From: Fimbriimonadales bacterium
GTDB lineage: Bacteria; Armatimonadota; Fimbriimonadia; Fimbriimonadales; ATM1
Assembly (NCBI GenBank): GCA_041744215.1
Contig: JBGTLG010000015.1
Location: 1 to 64,000, forward strand
DNA length: 64,000 nt
Direction: 5' to 3'
The translations under genes and the position numbers were made by a program. Under the pieces are notes generated by a model that did no database searches, was not told the DNA's origin, and saw nothing but the letters and a program-made list of their open reading frames with translations. This document shows positions 19,268-29,357 of this stretch, one piece after another; within the stretch, counting starts at the first letter, position 1, and each line of letters starts with the position of its first letter.

Positions 19268-19915
19268 ATGAGTTCCTACAACAATATGCCCGATGCACAG
19301 TTTCTGACTTTTGCAGAAAACTTTGTTAGCGTCGCGGAACTAAACGCAACGCCGCTCGGCATCGACGAAGGCCAGATCGGACAAATGACGACTGCGCTGA
19401 ATCAGTACGGCAGCGCGCTTACTGGCCAAGCGAATGCACACGACGCGGCAAAGGCCGCAACGATCACAAAAAAGGCGAAGAAGGCAGCGATGCTCGACAT
19501 CGTGCGACTCTACGCCAATCAATGGCAAGCAAATCCGAGCATCAGCAGTACGCTAAAGCAAGAACTCGGCCTGCCGATTCACGACACGACGCCAACTCCA
19601 CGCCCCGTTTTCACTCCGAGCGATCTTTACGTGCGCACGATTTGCAGCGGAACGAACTGGTTACGATGGAATCGCAGCGGCAACTTTCCGTATACATCAT
19701 TCGAGATTCAGTACAGCTACGATGAGCCAAACGCTTGGCAATGGCTTGATGTTACAACGCGATCTGAGTTTCGACACATTGGACAAACGCCGGGCCGCGC
19801 GGTGTACTACCGAGTGCGCGCAAAACGCCCGACCGGTGTTTCCGATTGGTCGAACGTCGGCGTCGCGTATGGCCAATGGCCACCCGTCGAGCTGACGCTT
19901 GAAGAAGCTGCATAG
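19268..19915 (+). CDS. Helical N-terminal domain plus fibronectin type III-like domain protein
   Basis: AAGGAGG RBS, Ala-rich amphipathic helices, C-terminal LRW...TPGRAVYYRVRA...SDWS; no signal peptide. Confidence 0.85.
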   Translation: MSSYNNMPDAQFLTFAENFVSVAELNATPLGIDEGQIGQMTTALNQYGSALTGQANAHDAAKAATITKKAKKAAMLDIVRLYANQWQANPSISSTLKQELGLPIHDTTPTPRPVFTPSDLYVRTICSGTNWLRWNRSGNFPYTSFEIQYSYDEPNAWQWLDVTTRSEFRHIGQTPGRAVYYRVRAKRPTGVSDWSNVGVAYGQWPPVELTLEEAA

Positions 19916-19940
19916 TAGGCCATACTTGCACCTCCTCATA

Positions 19941-19968
19941 ACGCCGCGGATGAATCATTCCGCGGCGT
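19941..19968. terminator. Hairpin between convergent genes (bidirectional terminator)
   Basis: Stem ACGCCGCGGA/TCCGCGGCGT. Confidence 0.7.
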
Positions 19969-19975
19969 CTTCTTC

Positions 19976-22489
19976 TTACTTCTTCGCTGCGTTGAGCACC
20001 ATCTGATAACTGCCGACGCTCATCGCGCGCCAAAACGGATTGAACGCAAACAAAAGCACGCGGCCTTCGCCGACTTTGCATTCAACCAGCGCAGCCTGAC
20101 CCGCGAGTTCTTCTGGGTTTGCGAGCATTCCCGAAACGAGAAGCTGGTTTGCGTTTGCGAATCGCAGCAACACGTTTGGACGCGGCGCTTGCGGCGTTGT
20201 CGCTCCGCCGCGATCTGTGTCGCCTTCTTCGCGCTGCGCTGTGTATTGCGCACGTCCCTGCACGACGTCGGCATCTGTAATCGAGCCGCGCCCGCTGGGT
20301 CTTGTCGCTTGCGCCCCCCCTCTTCCGCCACCACCGCCTGTCGAAAGAATCGGCAGCGAGTTTGCATTGAAATACACCGCAACATTGCTCTCGTATCCTT
20401 CCAGCACATCGCTTTCTTGCGCGAGTTTTTGCGTTAGATACACTCCGCCTGGCGCTTGCAGCGTTTGCGTTTGAGCAACGGTGACGCCGCTTACGATGCC
20501 GTAGTCGATCATCACCGTACACATTCTTCCAATTGCGATGATCGTTCCCCCTTGCTGAGCAAAGTTGCGCAGATTCAGCACCCCTTCGAGCTCGATTCCG
20601 CCGCGGATGTCGTCCGTTGAGTCAGGTCCACCCAAGCTCTCGAGACCTGGCATGGACTTCCAAGGAATCGGTTCCCCGCTCTTAGGAATGCCATTGACGA
20701 TGCTTTGAGCGGTTCCGCGCGCTTGCGGGAGAATGATGACGTCGTACTTTGCGCGAAGGTTCGCGTTGTCGCGCAGTTCATGTACAGAAGTGTAGGTGTA
20801 TGGTACACCGATCATGTCGAACGCTATTCTCACCCAGCCCTCGTCTTGCGTGGATTGCCACGTGTGCACAACGGCGATGCGCGCCAGGTTTTGCGTTTCG
20901 AAGTTTGTCATTGGGATGTTTGCGCGCGACATTTCTTTGTCGAGGATTTCGTTGTCCTTGACGCGCGTTACATTTAGGTCGAACAGCGGCCCGAGCTGCC
21001 AACCTGTGTCGTCGTAACTGCGCGGATCGGTCGGATTGTAGTATTGCTTGTCGAGCATCATGTCGACGAACCGCGAGTACGGCTGATCCATTCGCACGAT
21101 GACGGCCCCGCGCTTGTACTCTTTCTCTGCCACGATAATGTCTTCGTCGAGCTGGTGCAGTTCGATGCCTTGGCGCTGCATCGTTTCCATGAGAATGCGC
21201 AGCTGTGCGGTGCGGTTCTCTCTCGCTTCAATAACGTATGCCGCCGGCCCCTCTTGCCACGGCTTTTGTGTGGACCGAAGCGACTTGAGATAGAAGTTCT
21301 CCATATACTTCTTGCGATCGGTTGCCACTTTGTTGAGTGCGATGAGCGCGCCGCTCTGCATTAGGTTCGTGTTGTTGCGAATCGACCATCTGACGTTAGG
21401 AAATGGCGGGTTGGGGCGATACCACACGCGCTCTGTGTTGCCTGCGCTTCGCACGCCGGTGTCTGCGCCGCCTCCGGAAAACGTTTCGTAGAATCTTCCT
21501 ATCGCGTTGTGCCCGTGGGCGACGGTGAATCCGTAGTTCGCTGCCCATCCGTCGTAGAATCCGTGCGTCCAAACGCCTGGCACTCCGCGCCGCGTCATCT
21601 CACCAACCTCTGCGTATGCGAGTTCGTGCCATTCGTCAATCACGATTGGATCAAGCCACGGGTTGTATGGGCCAGTGCCTGTGCTTACATAGAGATACGG
21701 CACGGATTCGTGCAAGTCGTGGAACACTTGCGGAGTGTATTCGAGCCACTTTCTCGTGACTGCTTTGCTGAGTTCGAGTGTGAGCATCATTCCGTCGCGA
21801 TTGCAGTCGTGCGACACGTACTTTCCCCAATAAACAAGCGGAGGAACGGGCTTGTCTGGATTTGCCTTTCGATAGTTATAGATGTCAACCACACGATCTC
21901 TGCCGTCTGGGTCGAGCGCAGGAGTGATCATGACTATTGCATTCTTGCGGATGTTTTCGATCATCGGATTCTCTGCAGCGGCGAGACGATAGAGGAGTTC
22001 GATTACCATTTCTGGCGGCCCCGTTTCTGTGCAGTGCATTCCCGCCGTGAGCCAGTAGATCGGCAACGCTTCGTCAATCAGCGCTTCGGCTTTGTCCGCG
22101 GATATCTTTCGCGGATCCGCGAGCAGGTTGTTGACTTGCTTGATTCGGTCAAGCCTTGCGAGGTTCACCTCGTCAGAGATGAACACCACGCCGAGTTCCC
22201 TTCCCTCTTCGCTCGTCCCCATGCGTTCGTACTTCACGCGGGGCGAGGCGTCGGCAATGCGCTTGAAGTACGCGAGCGACTTGGCGTAAGGCGTGAGGAC
22301 GTTTGGCGCACCTACGATGTAGCCGAGGTGATCTTTGGGTGTGGGGATGCCTGGCGCGAGCGGGAGGTGGTCGACCATTTCAGTCAGAAAGAACGGCTCG
22401 GTGGTGTATTCGCGGATCAGGCGTGTGTAGTCTTCGTCGATCGGTTGCGATGAGAGGGTGGCGGCGACGGCAAAGGCGGCTGCGATCAT
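19976..22489 (-). CDS. M14 family zinc carboxypeptidase-like secreted protein
   Basis: HCTE zinc motif, DPDGRD, HDCNRD, HDLHE, C-terminal GATase-like domain. Start placed at MIAAAF. Confidence 0.88.
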   Translation of the reverse strand: MIAAAFAVAATLSSQPIDEDYTRLIREYTTEPFFLTEMVDHLPLAPGIPTPKDHLGYIVGAPNVLTPYAKSLAYFKRIADASPRVKYERMGTSEEGRELGVVFISDEVNLARLDRIKQVNNLLADPRKISADKAEALIDEALPIYWLTAGMHCTETGPPEMVIELLYRLAAAENPMIENIRKNAIVMITPALDPDGRDRVVDIYNYRKANPDKPVPPLVYWGKYVSHDCNRDGMMLTLELSKAVTRKWLEYTPQVFHDLHESVPYLYVSTGTGPYNPWLDPIVIDEWHELAYAEVGEMTRRGVPGVWTHGFYDGWAANYGFTVAHGHNAIGRFYETFSGGGADTGVRSAGNTERVWYRPNPPFPNVRWSIRNNTNLMQSGALIALNKVATDRKKYMENFYLKSLRSTQKPWQEGPAAYVIEARENRTAQLRILMETMQRQGIELHQLDEDIIVAEKEYKRGAVIVRMDQPYSRFVDMMLDKQYYNPTDPRSYDDTGWQLGPLFDLNVTRVKDNEILDKEMSRANIPMTNFETQNLARIAVVHTWQSTQDEGWVRIAFDMIGVPYTYTSVHELRDNANLRAKYDVIILPQARGTAQSIVNGIPKSGEPIPWKSMPGLESLGGPDSTDDIRGGIELEGVLNLRNFAQQGGTIIAIGRMCTVMIDYGIVSGVTVAQTQTLQAPGGVYLTQKLAQESDVLEGYESNVAVYFNANSLPILSTGGGGGRGGAQATRPSGRGSITDADVVQGRAQYTAQREEGDTDRGGATTPQAPRPNVLLRFANANQLLVSGMLANPEELAGQAALVECKVGEGRVLLFAFNPFWRAMSVGSYQMVLNAAKK

Positions 22490-22603
22490 GCCAGATTCAT
22501 TCGCCAGGAAAAGGTCGTTCTCCTGCGCAAATGAAGGCGCCCCAGCCACCGAGTGGCCCGGGGCGCCGGATTCGCTGTTCAGCGAATTGGGGCTGGTGGC
22601 TCG

Positions 22604-23656
22604 CTACTTCCCTTTGCTACCCTTTGTTGCGGGCTTCTTGGTGCCCTGTGGGGATTTCCCAACCTGCGCCGGATTGCGGTTGCTACCAGAGACCTTCGGG
22701 GCCTGCTGGGGTTTCGCGAGCTTCGGGGCCTGACCCGGTCTGCCGAGCTGCGCCGGATTGCGGTTGCTACCAGAGACCTTAGGGGCCTGCGCCACTCTTG
22801 AGTTGTTTGGATTCGACGCGATCGATCTCGGGTCGTTGCCGCGGCTCTTGGCGTCGAATGCGCGCTCGCTCACGCCTGTGCTTGTCGCTAGCGGTTGCCC
22901 GGCTCGTGTGCTTACGCGTGCGGCTGGTGCTTGCCGTACTACTGACGCCTGTAGTGGCGGATGTGACCTTGAGCTTTGGCCGCGGAAGAGATTCAGCTGC
23001 TTGGTGTGGCTCGCGGTATGCCCTGCGTAGTGCAGTCTGTTTGACGACCTTCGAAACATTGATGAGTGATCACTGTAGGTGTAGTAGCCGTCACGATAGG
23101 ATTCGTCCTCGTAACTGTAGAATTGGGCGACTCCACCATAGTAGTGGTCGTCGTCGCAGTAGTAGTCATCATCGTAGTAGCGATCGTCGTCACCGTAAAA
23201 CTCGTCCTCGTCAGAGTAGTAGTGGTGGTGACCACAGTAATAGTCTTGATCGTCGATTGACCAATATCGGTCGTAGCGGAAAGTCCGGTCCCAGCCTTCT
23301 TGATATTCGTAGGCGTACTGATAGGTGGGCTCAATCCAGTATCCTCGCTTGACCTTTTTGTGTTTCTTCGTCTTTGCTACGAAGACTGGGTAAGTGTAGA
23401 TCGTCGGCACGACGACCACTGGGTAGTTGACGTAGGCCGGACTCATAGCATACAAGCGATATGGGTCGTAAACCACGTGCGGGGCTGGGAACGGGTTCCC
23501 AAAGCTCAACCAGAATGACCACCCTGCACCGGGTCGGTTACCGGAGCTGAAGGTGAGCCCTCCTGAAGGGCCGCCCGTCGGGGCGTACACCGGAACGACA
23601 GGTTGCGCGTACATCGGCACCGATAGCACGGCCGCCGAGACTATCATCAACGTCAT
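22604..23656 (-). CDS. Secreted low-complexity hypothetical protein (Pro/Tyr-rich, Asp/Tyr/His-rich, then basic repeat tail)
   Basis: GGAGG RBS, signal peptide, YYDDDYYCDDDHYY tract, QAPKVSGSNRNPAQ twice. Confidence 0.7.
   Translation of the reverse strand: MTLMIVSAAVLSVPMYAQPVVPVYAPTGGPSGGLTFSSGNRPGAGWSFWLSFGNPFPAPHVVYDPYRLYAMSPAYVNYPVVVVPTIYTYPVFVAKTKKHKKVKRGYWIEPTYQYAYEYQEGWDRTFRYDRYWSIDDQDYYCGHHHYYSDEDEFYGDDDRYYDDDYYCDDDHYYGGVAQFYSYEDESYRDGYYTYSDHSSMFRRSSNRLHYAGHTASHTKQLNLFRGQSSRSHPPLQASVVRQAPAARVSTRAGQPLATSTGVSERAFDAKSRGNDPRSIASNPNNSRVAQAPKVSGSNRNPAQLGRPGQAPKLAKPQQAPKVSGSNRNPAQVGKSPQGTKKPATKGSKGK
22664..22790. repeat. 43-bp direct repeat (two copies, 84 bp apart) inside the CDS
   Basis: CTGCGCCGGATTGCGGTTGCTACCAGAGACCTT(C/A)GGGGCCTGC at 22664 and 22748. 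Confidence 0.9.
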
Positions 23657-23755
23657 TTCAAGCCTCCTTGGTAGGTTGCCCTACTCAATAACCGGATAGA
23701 CGACCGGCGTGCGCTGTAGGTACGGTGAGCTTCTGGTCGGTGTAGACTCCAGGAC

Positions 23756-26212
23756 ATGCGAGGGATATCCGTTCTCGCGGGGCTGGCTTTCCCCGCATTC
23801 GTCTTCTCACAAGTCACGACACCGCTACAGCACTTCGGGCACGAGGTTGGCGCCGACTACTATCTTTCGAACTTTCAGCAGATGTATGGGTACTGGCGGA
23901 AGCTTGACGCAGAGAGCGACCGTATGCGATTGCAGGTGATCGGCAAAACCGCCGAAGGTCGCGATCAGATCATGGCGATCGTCACCTCTCCGAAGAACTT
24001 CGAGCGGCTCGAAGAGTACCGGCAGATTTCCCGGCGGCTCGCGATGGTTAAGGGCGTTTCGGAAGCTGAAGCCAGAACTCTCTCAAAGATCGGAAAAGCA
24101 GTCGTGTGGATCGACGGTGGGCTTCATTCGACAGAGACTCTCGGACCACAGCAGTTGATCGAGACTGTCTACAGACTTCTTACGAACAACGACGAAGAGA
24201 CGCTTCGCATTCTCGACAACGTAATCATTCTGTTTGTACACGCCAATCCCGACGGAATGGACTTGGTATCGGATTGGTATATGCGCGAGCAGGAACCCGC
24301 TCGGCGCGCGATGAACATTCCGCGCCTGTACCAGAAGTACATTGGGCACGACAACAATCGCGACTTCTATGCCGCAACACAGGTTGAGACTCAAAACATG
24401 AATCACGTCATGTACCGCGAGTGGCTTCCCCAAATCATGTACAACCACCATCAATCTGGACCGCAGGGAACTGTGATGTTCGCTCCGCCGTTTCGCGATC
24501 CGTTCAATCATCGCATCGATCCCGGCGTTATGAGCGGAATCGATTTGGTTGGCGCGGCGATGATGCAGCGTTTTGTCTCTCGCAATATGCCGGGAGTTAC
24601 CACGACAACCGGCGCTTCATATTCGGCGTGGTGGAATGGCGGACTCCGCACAACCGCGTACTTTCACAACATCATCGGCATCCTAACGGAAACGATTGGA
24701 AGTCCCACTCCTTCGCGCATCCCTTTCGTCGCCTCCCGAAGAACACCACAGGGAAACCTTATCTTTCCGATTGAACCCCGCGAGTGGAAGTTCCGCGATT
24801 CAGTTGAGTATTCCGTGCAGGCGAACATGGCGATTCTCGATCTCGCATCGCGATTTCGCGAAAAGTTTCTGATGGACATCTACTTGATGGGTATGCGGCA
24901 AACCCAACTGGGCAGCAAGGATTCGTGGACCGACCTTCCATCCAAGGTCGAGGCAGTTCGATCACTGTCAGATCTGCGCAAGCCAGAACTTCGCAACCCA
25001 CGCGGCTTTATCATCCGGTCCAATCAGCCGGAATTCTACAACGCCATGCGTTTTGTCAACTCACTGATGTCGACTGGCGTGATCGTTCACCGCGCAACCA
25101 GCGACTTCTGGATTCGCACGACTCGCTATCTGGCTGGCTCTCTGGTTGTGCGCTGTGATCAGCCCTTTCGCGCGCATGTTCTCGACATGTTTGAACCTCA
25201 AGACCATCCCAATGATGTTCCGGCACCAGGCGCAGCGCCGATTCCGCCCTATGATGTCGCCGGCTACACGCTCGCGATGCAAATGGGATTCGCCTACGAC
25301 AGAATCCTAGATGCGTTTGGAGGACCGTTTGAGGAAGTCGCATATCCGATTGATATCAAGGAGATTCGACCAACGTTTGATCCGAGTAACACTTGGAGTT
25401 ATCGCGCAGCGTTTGCAGCACTAAAGCGCGGTGGGTCAATCACTCTTGGCGCCCAACGCATCGCAAAGAACCCGCGCATCGCCTTGTGGGATCGTTACGG
25501 TGGATCAATGCCTTCGGGTTGGACGCGTTGGATCTTTGACGAGATGGAATTAGATTACACAGTCGTGTTTCCAAAAGAGCTCGACGCGGGCAATCTTAGT
25601 GAGAAGTACGATGTAATCGTTTTCCCATCAGGCGCAATTCCGACGAATCTGAGCGACCCGCAAACCCCTCAAACCGCGCGCATCCCGGTCGAGTTTCAAC
25701 ATATGGTCGGTGCGGTATCACAAGCCACTCTCCAGCCGTTGAAGCAGTTTCTTGAGGACGGCGGTACGATCGTTACGGTTGGATCCTCAACGTCGTTAGG
25801 TCAAGCGCTTGATGCGGGGATTGAAAACGCGCTCGTCGAAAGTGGCAGGCCAATACCGCGCGCACGCTTTTACATACCTGGTTCGATTCTCGAGGTGCAA
25901 GTAGACAATGCTAATCCCGTCGCCACAGGTATGCGCGACACTGCGATGGTGATGTTCTCAAACAGTCCTGCATTTCGGATTACTGCAAGTAACGCCCGTG
26001 CTATCGCAACGTATGGAGAGGATAACCCGCTCCGATCAGGTTGGATTCTGGGTGCAGAGCACCTGAAACAAACGGTCGCAATGGCAGAGGCCAACGTTGG
26101 TAAAGGGAAGCTGTACCTACTGGGGCCCGAGGTTACGTTCCGAGGTCAATCATGGGGCACGATGAGGCTTCTGTTCAATGCGATCCTGCTGTCAACGAAC
26201 GGAAAAACGTAA
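23756..26212 (+). CDS. M14 family zinc carboxypeptidase-like secreted protein
   Basis: DGGLHSTE, NPDGMD, GHDNNRD, YNHHQ. Confidence 0.9.
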   Translation: MRGISVLAGLAFPAFVFSQVTTPLQHFGHEVGADYYLSNFQQMYGYWRKLDAESDRMRLQVIGKTAEGRDQIMAIVTSPKNFERLEEYRQISRRLAMVKGVSEAEARTLSKIGKAVVWIDGGLHSTETLGPQQLIETVYRLLTNNDEETLRILDNVIILFVHANPDGMDLVSDWYMREQEPARRAMNIPRLYQKYIGHDNNRDFYAATQVETQNMNHVMYREWLPQIMYNHHQSGPQGTVMFAPPFRDPFNHRIDPGVMSGIDLVGAAMMQRFVSRNMPGVTTTTGASYSAWWNGGLRTTAYFHNIIGILTETIGSPTPSRIPFVASRRTPQGNLIFPIEPREWKFRDSVEYSVQANMAILDLASRFREKFLMDIYLMGMRQTQLGSKDSWTDLPSKVEAVRSLSDLRKPELRNPRGFIIRSNQPEFYNAMRFVNSLMSTGVIVHRATSDFWIRTTRYLAGSLVVRCDQPFRAHVLDMFEPQDHPNDVPAPGAAPIPPYDVAGYTLAMQMGFAYDRILDAFGGPFEEVAYPIDIKEIRPTFDPSNTWSYRAAFAALKRGGSITLGAQRIAKNPRIALWDRYGGSMPSGWTRWIFDEMELDYTVVFPKELDAGNLSEKYDVIVFPSGAIPTNLSDPQTPQTARIPVEFQHMVGAVSQATLQPLKQFLEDGGTIVTVGSSTSLGQALDAGIENALVESGRPIPRARFYIPGSILEVQVDNANPVATGMRDTAMVMFSNSPAFRITASNARAIATYGEDNPLRSGWILGAEHLKQTVAMAEANVGKGKLYLLGPEVTFRGQSWGTMRLLFNAILLSTNGKT

Positions 26213-26213
26213 G

Positions 26214-27131
26214 ATGAGCGTTCGGCTTTTTCCGCTGCTCTTGCCTTTGCTCGCGCTCAGCTGCAGTTCGCCACAAGCTGGCGACATTGACAAGCGCATC
26301 TCAGAGCTGCGCGACACGACCGGCAACGTTCAAGAGACGGATCGTGTCATCTCCGAGATTGTTCCCATCGGAGAGTCAGCTGGTCCCAAACTAATCGAAC
26401 TGTTTGAAGACGACGACCAACTACTGAATGAAGCGGCAGTCGAGGCGCTTTCGCGGATGCCGAGTACCCGAACGCATCTTGAAACGGCGATGCTGGATAC
26501 GAGGGCGAGCATCCGCACTCGAACACACTCGATACTGGCCCTCGATCGTATGGCGCACCGTGATACTTTTGAAGCGCTGCTCGTGGCATCGAAAGACCCT
26601 GATGCTCGCGTTCGACCCTATGCGATTCGTGCCATCGGCGCACTGAAACGTCCTGACTCTCTCGATCCTCTCGCTGAAATTCTTAGAAGTGGAACCAAAG
26701 ACGATGCTGCGGCGGCGGCGATCGCGCTCGGCAGATTGGGTGATACACGCGCGACAGCACTTCTTGTCGATGCGTTGACATTCCGACCGCACGAAGCGAA
26801 GTACGCGATCATTACTGCTTTGGGCTCCTTGCGCGACCCTACTTCTGTCGCGACCCTTGAATCGCTGACCGCAAGCGATCGCGCACAAGAAGTGGTAATG
26901 GCCGTCGACTCACTCGGTCGTATCGCAGCAACAGGCGACCCGGGAGCGAGAGATGCGTTGCACCGAATAATCCGAGACACAAGCAGTTTGGGTTGTCTAG
27001 ACGCAATCCAGGCGATAAAGCCGTTCGCAGACGAAGCGGACGTGCCTGCACTTAAATCGGCTCTCAATAGCAACTCGGCTCACATCCGAAGCGCCGCGAA
27101 TGAAGTGCTTGGACTGATTGCAAAAGAATGA
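26214..27131 (+). CDS. HEAT-repeat lipoprotein
   Basis: Lipobox LALSC; repeats of the VR..A..ALG type. Confidence 0.85.
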   Translation: MSVRLFPLLLPLLALSCSSPQAGDIDKRISELRDTTGNVQETDRVISEIVPIGESAGPKLIELFEDDDQLLNEAAVEALSRMPSTRTHLETAMLDTRASIRTRTHSILALDRMAHRDTFEALLVASKDPDARVRPYAIRAIGALKRPDSLDPLAEILRSGTKDDAAAAAIALGRLGDTRATALLVDALTFRPHEAKYAIITALGSLRDPTSVATLESLTASDRAQEVVMAVDSLGRIAATGDPGARDALHRIIRDTSSLGCLDAIQAIKPFADEADVPALKSALNSNSAHIRSAANEVLGLIAKE

Positions 27132-27175
27132 GCGATGCAACGCTGCTGACGCGTATCCCGTAATCAGTTATTGCT

Positions 27176-27430
27176 ATGCATATTTTATGGTGGATTGTTG
27201 TCGGCTTTCTTGCAGGAGCGCTTGCGAAGGCAATCATGCCAGGCAATCACAGGGAGCCGAAGGGTTGCCTAATGACTATCCTTTTGGGAATCGGCGGGTC
27301 GCTTTTGGTCGGGTTCGTTATGCGCACTGTGTTCGGGGCGGAAGGCGCGGGTGGCCTCATTCCCACCATCTTTGGAGCGACGATTGGGGCCGTGGTCCTG
27401 ATTGCTCTATTTAGGAAGTTCTGGAAGTAG
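27176..27430 (+). CDS. GlsB/YeaQ/YmgE family stress-response membrane protein
   Basis: WIVVGFLAGALAKAIMPG, ILLGIGGSLLVG, ATIGAVVL. Confidence 0.93.
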   Translation: MHILWWIVVGFLAGALAKAIMPGNHREPKGCLMTILLGIGGSLLVGFVMRTVFGAEGAGGLIPTIFGATIGAVVLIALFRKFWK

Positions 27431-27433
27431 GGT

Positions 27434-28447
27434 TCAGTCATGATGCTTTGGGGTGTAGGAGCCGCGGATGAAGCCGTTAACTTGCGCGTCCGCCTCACCC
27501 GGCACTCGGGTCTCCCACCCGGACACATTCTGCGAATCGATGCCATCGCCGCGTGATGTTGGCCCTGCGTAGCGCTGTGATCTTGGGGCCGACATCACCG
27601 ACTCGACAAACGCGACATATTCATCCATCCCGATGGTCGTCTCTGTCTGAGCACTGCTCGTCGCCGCTTGAGCCAGGACACCTGTCAGTATTGGACGAAT
27701 CGCTTCCCTGAAGAGAGAAGGGCTCCCGAACAGTTCAAGAGAGATAATCTTTCCGTCGAGCACAATGAGGGCACCCACCACGTCGCTGCGCTTGCTCAAT
27801 TGCGACATCAGCGGGTCCAGGTCGGCTCGACTTCGGGCCCTTGCCTTCTCGCCGAAAAGTCCCTCGCGAATGCTCGTTGACCTTTCACCTGGCAGTTCTG
27901 CACTCGAGTTGTGTTGCTCCACCTCGTCCCAGACATCCATTTGACCACCCAGCACGGCAGCGCTTCGGACCTTCGCAGGTGCAGAAGCCGCGGGGGCGTC
28001 GAACTCCACTGAGTTTCCACCCCACCTGCCCCGCTCTACACAAAACACGCGAACCTCAGCTGACTGTCCGGGCAACACAATCGTGTCTTTCGCGACGACT
28101 CGATCCTGCTTGCCGCCCAACAGAATGTCCCCAGCCAGCAGCAGGATCGGCTTTGCGCCAAGATTTCGGACCAAAACCAACTCCACTTGCCCTGAGCTCG
28201 AGACCTCACTCACTTCGACCCATCCGTTTTCCATAGCCTCGGCAAGGAGAACGTAGCTCTCAGTTTCCTGTCTAGAGCTCCTCTCGGGGAGTGACACCAC
28301 CGGCACAAGGGTCACATTGCCCCGAGTAATCGGCTCGGCAAGGCCAAGCCCACTCGAGTTCGCAATGGGCGTGATGCTTCCTGAACTGAGATGAGAGCTG
28401 CAGCCCGCGGCAGACAGCGCACAAAGAAAGAGAATCCACTTGATCAT
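27434..28447 (-). CDS. DUF6569 / ARPP-1-like domain lipoprotein
   Basis: Lipobox AAGC; NLGAKPILLLAGDILLGGKQDR...VFCVERGRW. Confidence 0.75.
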   Translation of the reverse strand: MIKWILFLCALSAAGCSSHLSSGSITPIANSSGLGLAEPITRGNVTLVPVVSLPERSSRQETESYVLLAEAMENGWVEVSEVSSSGQVELVLVRNLGAKPILLLAGDILLGGKQDRVVAKDTIVLPGQSAEVRVFCVERGRWGGNSVEFDAPAASAPAKVRSAAVLGGQMDVWDEVEQHNSSAELPGERSTSIREGLFGEKARARSRADLDPLMSQLSKRSDVVGALIVLDGKIISLELFGSPSLFREAIRPILTGVLAQAATSSAQTETTIGMDEYVAFVESVMSAPRSQRYAGPTSRGDGIDSQNVSGWETRVPGEADAQVNGFIRGSYTPKHHD

Positions 28448-28538
28448 GACGTCGCTCCTTTGCCGACATGTGAGACCGGCGACAAATCTGTGTCTCTTAG
28501 CGCGCGAAGCGTTCAGTCTGGGCGATAATCGCCACCGG

Positions 28539-29357
28539 ATGATCGCCACTCCAGAGTTGCCGACGACGATCCTGTTGCTCATGGGCCTCGTCGCAGTTGT
28601 GGCAGGAGCTCTCGGTTCGGCAATGGGCGTCGGTGGCGGACTCGTACTGGTCCCTGCCCTAATCACCCTTTTTCACATTGACACTGAGCACGCTCGCGCC
28701 GCTAGCCTCGTGGCCGTTGCCGTGACGAGTATGGGTGGCACGCTGATCTACCTCAAGGAAAAGTCGGTGGACTTCGTAGCAGGGGGCGCGATGCAGTTGC
28801 CAACCGCAGTAGGAGCCGTCGCGGGCGCCTTCTTGGGAAACGCCCTCGACCCATCGGTTGTCCGCGTACTCTTCGCGGCACTGCTTCTCGCTGTCGCTGC
28901 CCGACTTGCGATCCAAGCAAGACGCGAAGCTGGCTCACCGCCTCCCGAAACTCTTCCGCTACCGAGAGACCGCCGTACATGGCTTCTCGCCGGGGCAGGT
29001 TGTCTGGGTGCCGGGCTCGTGAGTTCGATGCTCGGCGTCGGCGGCGGCATCGTGTTCGTGCCGGTCCTCTCTTTGCTCTTGCTGAAGAGTGCGCGAGCAG
29101 CCTCCGCCACCAGCACGTACCTCATTGGCCTCACAGGCGCCGCCAGCGCCCTGATCTATGTTCGTGCGCTAACTTCGGAGGGGCCCGATCCCAAGCTCGT
29201 TGCGATCGCAATCCCCGCTGCGATTGGAATCTTCGTGGGCGCACAACTCGGAGCGAGGCTCAGCAAGCGGATATCCGGTCCGACGCTGAGAACGGCGTTC
29301 TCGATTTTGATGGTTGTCAACGCTGGGATGCTCATATGGAAGGTGGCACATGGCTAA
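28539..29357 (+). CDS. Sulfite exporter TauE/SafE family protein
   Basis: GVGGG motif twice; multiple TM helices. Confidence 0.92.
   Translation: MIATPELPTTILLLMGLVAVVAGALGSAMGVGGGLVLVPALITLFHIDTEHARAASLVAVAVTSMGGTLIYLKEKSVDFVAGGAMQLPTAVGAVAGAFLGNALDPSVVRVLFAALLLAVAARLAIQARREAGSPPPETLPLPRDRRTWLLAGAGCLGAGLVSSMLGVGGGIVFVPVLSLLLLKSARAASATSTYLIGLTGAASALIYVRALTSEGPDPKLVAIAIPAAIGIFVGAQLGARLSKRISGPTLRTAFSILMVVNAGMLIWKVAHG

Noticed and set aside
21509-22453. 314-aa plus-strand ORF (similarly 55972..56919 minus and 10904..11620 plus)
   Set aside because: Antisense to well-supported genes; typical of GC-rich DNA.
27434-28666. Extended ORF-track starts (28666, 42545, 16652, 34174, 29427, 49938)
   Set aside because: They overlap neighbouring genes or regulatory DNA; downstream starts match family N-termini, signal peptides or promoter spacing.
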